Source: Elusimicrobiota bacterium (GTDB taxonomy: Bacteria > Elusimicrobiota > Elusimicrobia > UBA1565). Taken from it: a DNA stretch of 64,000 nt. The stretch covers positions 9,169-73,168 of the forward strand of contig JBDRPD010000022.1 in assembly GCA_043827405.1 (NCBI GenBank), written 5' to 3'. A program made the position numbers and the translations under genes. Below, piece by piece: positions 62,640-64,000 of this stretch. Each line of letters starts with the position of its first letter. Position 1 is the first letter of the stretch. The notes under the pieces are model-generated. The model did no database searches. It worked only from the letters and a program-made list of their open reading frames with translations, and was not told the origin of the DNA.

Positions 62640-64000
62640 TTAAGACAAAGCGCTAGGGATATCCTGTTTCTGCTGAAACTTCTGATCCAACTTTGAGCCG
62701 TCAAAAGCTTTTGTCTCCTTAACTGGGACGTCCTTGGCTGGAACGTCTTTGGCTGGAACGTCCTGCGAGGTCTTCAGCTTGTCCCCGACATCCTCCACTT
62801 TGGGCTTGGCCGCATCCTCACAAGCTTTCTCGGCTTTAGTCGCTTTCTCATCATGGCTGTCCGCCGCGACTTTAGCCAGTATGGTCAGCAGCGCGCCGGA
62901 CCCGGTAATGATCGCGCCCTGCGTCGTCTGCCCCATCATCATGATGGCCAAACCGCACATGGTCGCGACCGCCGCCGCGGCCATCGCCACATAGCAGACA
63001 AACTTGGCAATTTTGTAAAGCAATGCGGCTTTAGCCGCCAGCACGGCGGCCGCAGGAGGGAGCACCCCCGCCGCCGTAGCCGCTTTCAGCGTGGCCTTGG
63101 CCCATAAACCGAACAGCGTCCCGATCAGCAGCATCGCCGACGCCAAAGCGATCAGCGCCCGCGCCATGTCGTAGGTCTGCTGATACGGCGTCACGTTCGT
63201 CCCTTTAATCTTGGTGCCGCCGCCGCCGCTGCCGCCGCCGGCATCATCATAGCCGTCTTTATAACCGCCGCTGTAGCCGCCGCCGCTGGATCCCGCCGGC
63301 GAATATGGCGAACCGCCGCCGCCGCCCTCGGCCGGGCTGAAATTCGCATCGCTGCCGGCGCCGGACAGAGCCTGGCCGCCTCCGGTCGAACCCGCCCACT
63401 CGGCGTTATGGGCGCCGTAGGTGGTCTCCGCCGACTCGCCGCTGGCGGCGCCCATACTCTTGCGCATGCTGTCGAGCTTGCGTGAGGATGATCCGCCGCT
63501 GAAGCGTCCGCGCTTGACTGTCCGGCCCCGCACATTGCGCGCGGAGGCGGATGTCGTTTGCGCCTTTGCATTATCCTGCTCGATACGGCTCAGCTTGCCG
63601 CTCTGGCCGCCTTTGATCTTCGCATTTCCTTTATCCAGCATCCCCGACAGCGCCGCCGACGTTCCCGCGGCACCGCCGCCGCCCGCGCCCCCGGCGGCTC
63701 CCCCGCCATCCAGCGTGAGGTTGGAATTAGCCAACATCGGACGGTCCGTTACCTTTTTCTTCTTTCCCTTATCAGCCGCCGCTTCACCCTTTTCGGCCGC
63801 GCCTTCCTCGGCGGATCCAAGAGCTCCCTCTTCACCGGCGGACGCATCTTCCTCCGCCGCGCCCTCGCCCTCGCCGGCGGGAGCATCCGCCGCCGCGCCG
63901 TCCTGACCCGCGCCGCCGGCGCCGGCCCAATTGATCTCGCCCTGTCCGGCCTGCTCCATCAGCGCCAAGGAATTACTGCCCTGCGCGTCGCGCTTGGACT
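62640..64000 (-). CDS. TPY-tail family membrane protein (5' truncated by window edge)
   Basis: Frame is open to the edge: SKRDAQGSNSLALMEQAGQGEINW, homologous to the 529-aa paralog; NVTPYQ, hydrophobic tail. Confidence 0.8.
   Translation of the reverse strand, partial: SKRDAQGSNSLALMEQAGQGEINWAGAGGAGQDGAAADAPAGEGEGAAEEDASAGEEGALGSAEEGAAEKGEAAADKGKKKKVTDRPMLANSNLTLDGGGAAGGAGGGGAAGTSAALSGMLDKGNAKIKGGQSGKLSRIEQDNAKAQTTSASARNVRGRTVKRGRFSGGSSSRKLDSMRKSMGAASGESAETTYGAHNAEWAGSTGGGQALSGAGSDANFSPAEGGGGGSPYSPAGSSGGGYSGGYKDGYDDAGGGSGGGGTKIKGTNVTPYQQTYDMARALIALASAMLLIGTLFGLWAKATLKAATAAGVLPPAAAVLAAKAALLYKIAKFVCYVAMAAAAVATMCGLAIMMMGQTTQGAIITGSGALLTILAKVAADSHDEKATKAEKACEDAAKPKVEDVGDKLKTSQDVPAKDVPAKDVPVKETKAFDGSKLDQKFQQKQDIPSALS
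62718..62762. repeat. Three imperfect 15-bp tandem repeats encoding DVPAK-DVPAK-DVPVK
   Basis: CTTAACTGGGACGTC / CTTGGCTGGAACGTC / TTTGGCTGGAACGTC. Confidence 0.8.

Noticed and set aside
1..64000. CRISPR arrays, tRNA/rRNA genes, integrases, reverse transcriptase/DGR
   Set aside because: None recognised by eye; intergenic spaces are short and lack repeat-spacer structure.

Overview
GC-rich bacterial window; gene style suggests Elusimicrobiota, which is an inference only. 1-17.3 kb is mostly housekeeping and envelope genes: 3' end of a PilB/GspE ATPase, a class III cyclase-like gene, dapB, folK, panB, panC, PDZ, TPR and CoA-binding proteins, a CBM48 + GH57-like/DOMON pair, and LysM-FecR with a histidine kinase. 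17.4-23.7 kb is accessory: a secreted HNH-like protein, a lower-GC MBOAT + SGNH/DltD-like pair, and a MenA1/MenT1-like toxin-antitoxin pair. 23.8-64 kb is the most interesting part, an apparently uncharacterised envelope/secretion locus. It encodes (i) a 5455-aa protein combining TM blocks, a long coiled coil, a putative beta-barrel and about six TolC/OEP-like repeats (possibly a single-chain TolC trimer); (ii) a 3018-aa signal-peptide/membrane protein ending in a SecA-like ATPase with a ~1000-aa insertion; (iii) six related Gly-rich membrane proteins, five with a basic [KR]KG[AG] leader (the sixth is cut by the window edge) and four with TPY-delimited hydrophobic tails; and (iv) a RAYT-like transposase with a broken HUH motif. 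A 14-bp motif lies in that gene's own promoter, upstream of the 5455-aa gene and at 18.85 kb. All domain calls are by eye and need profile or structure confirmation. No rRNA, tRNA or CRISPR array was recognised.
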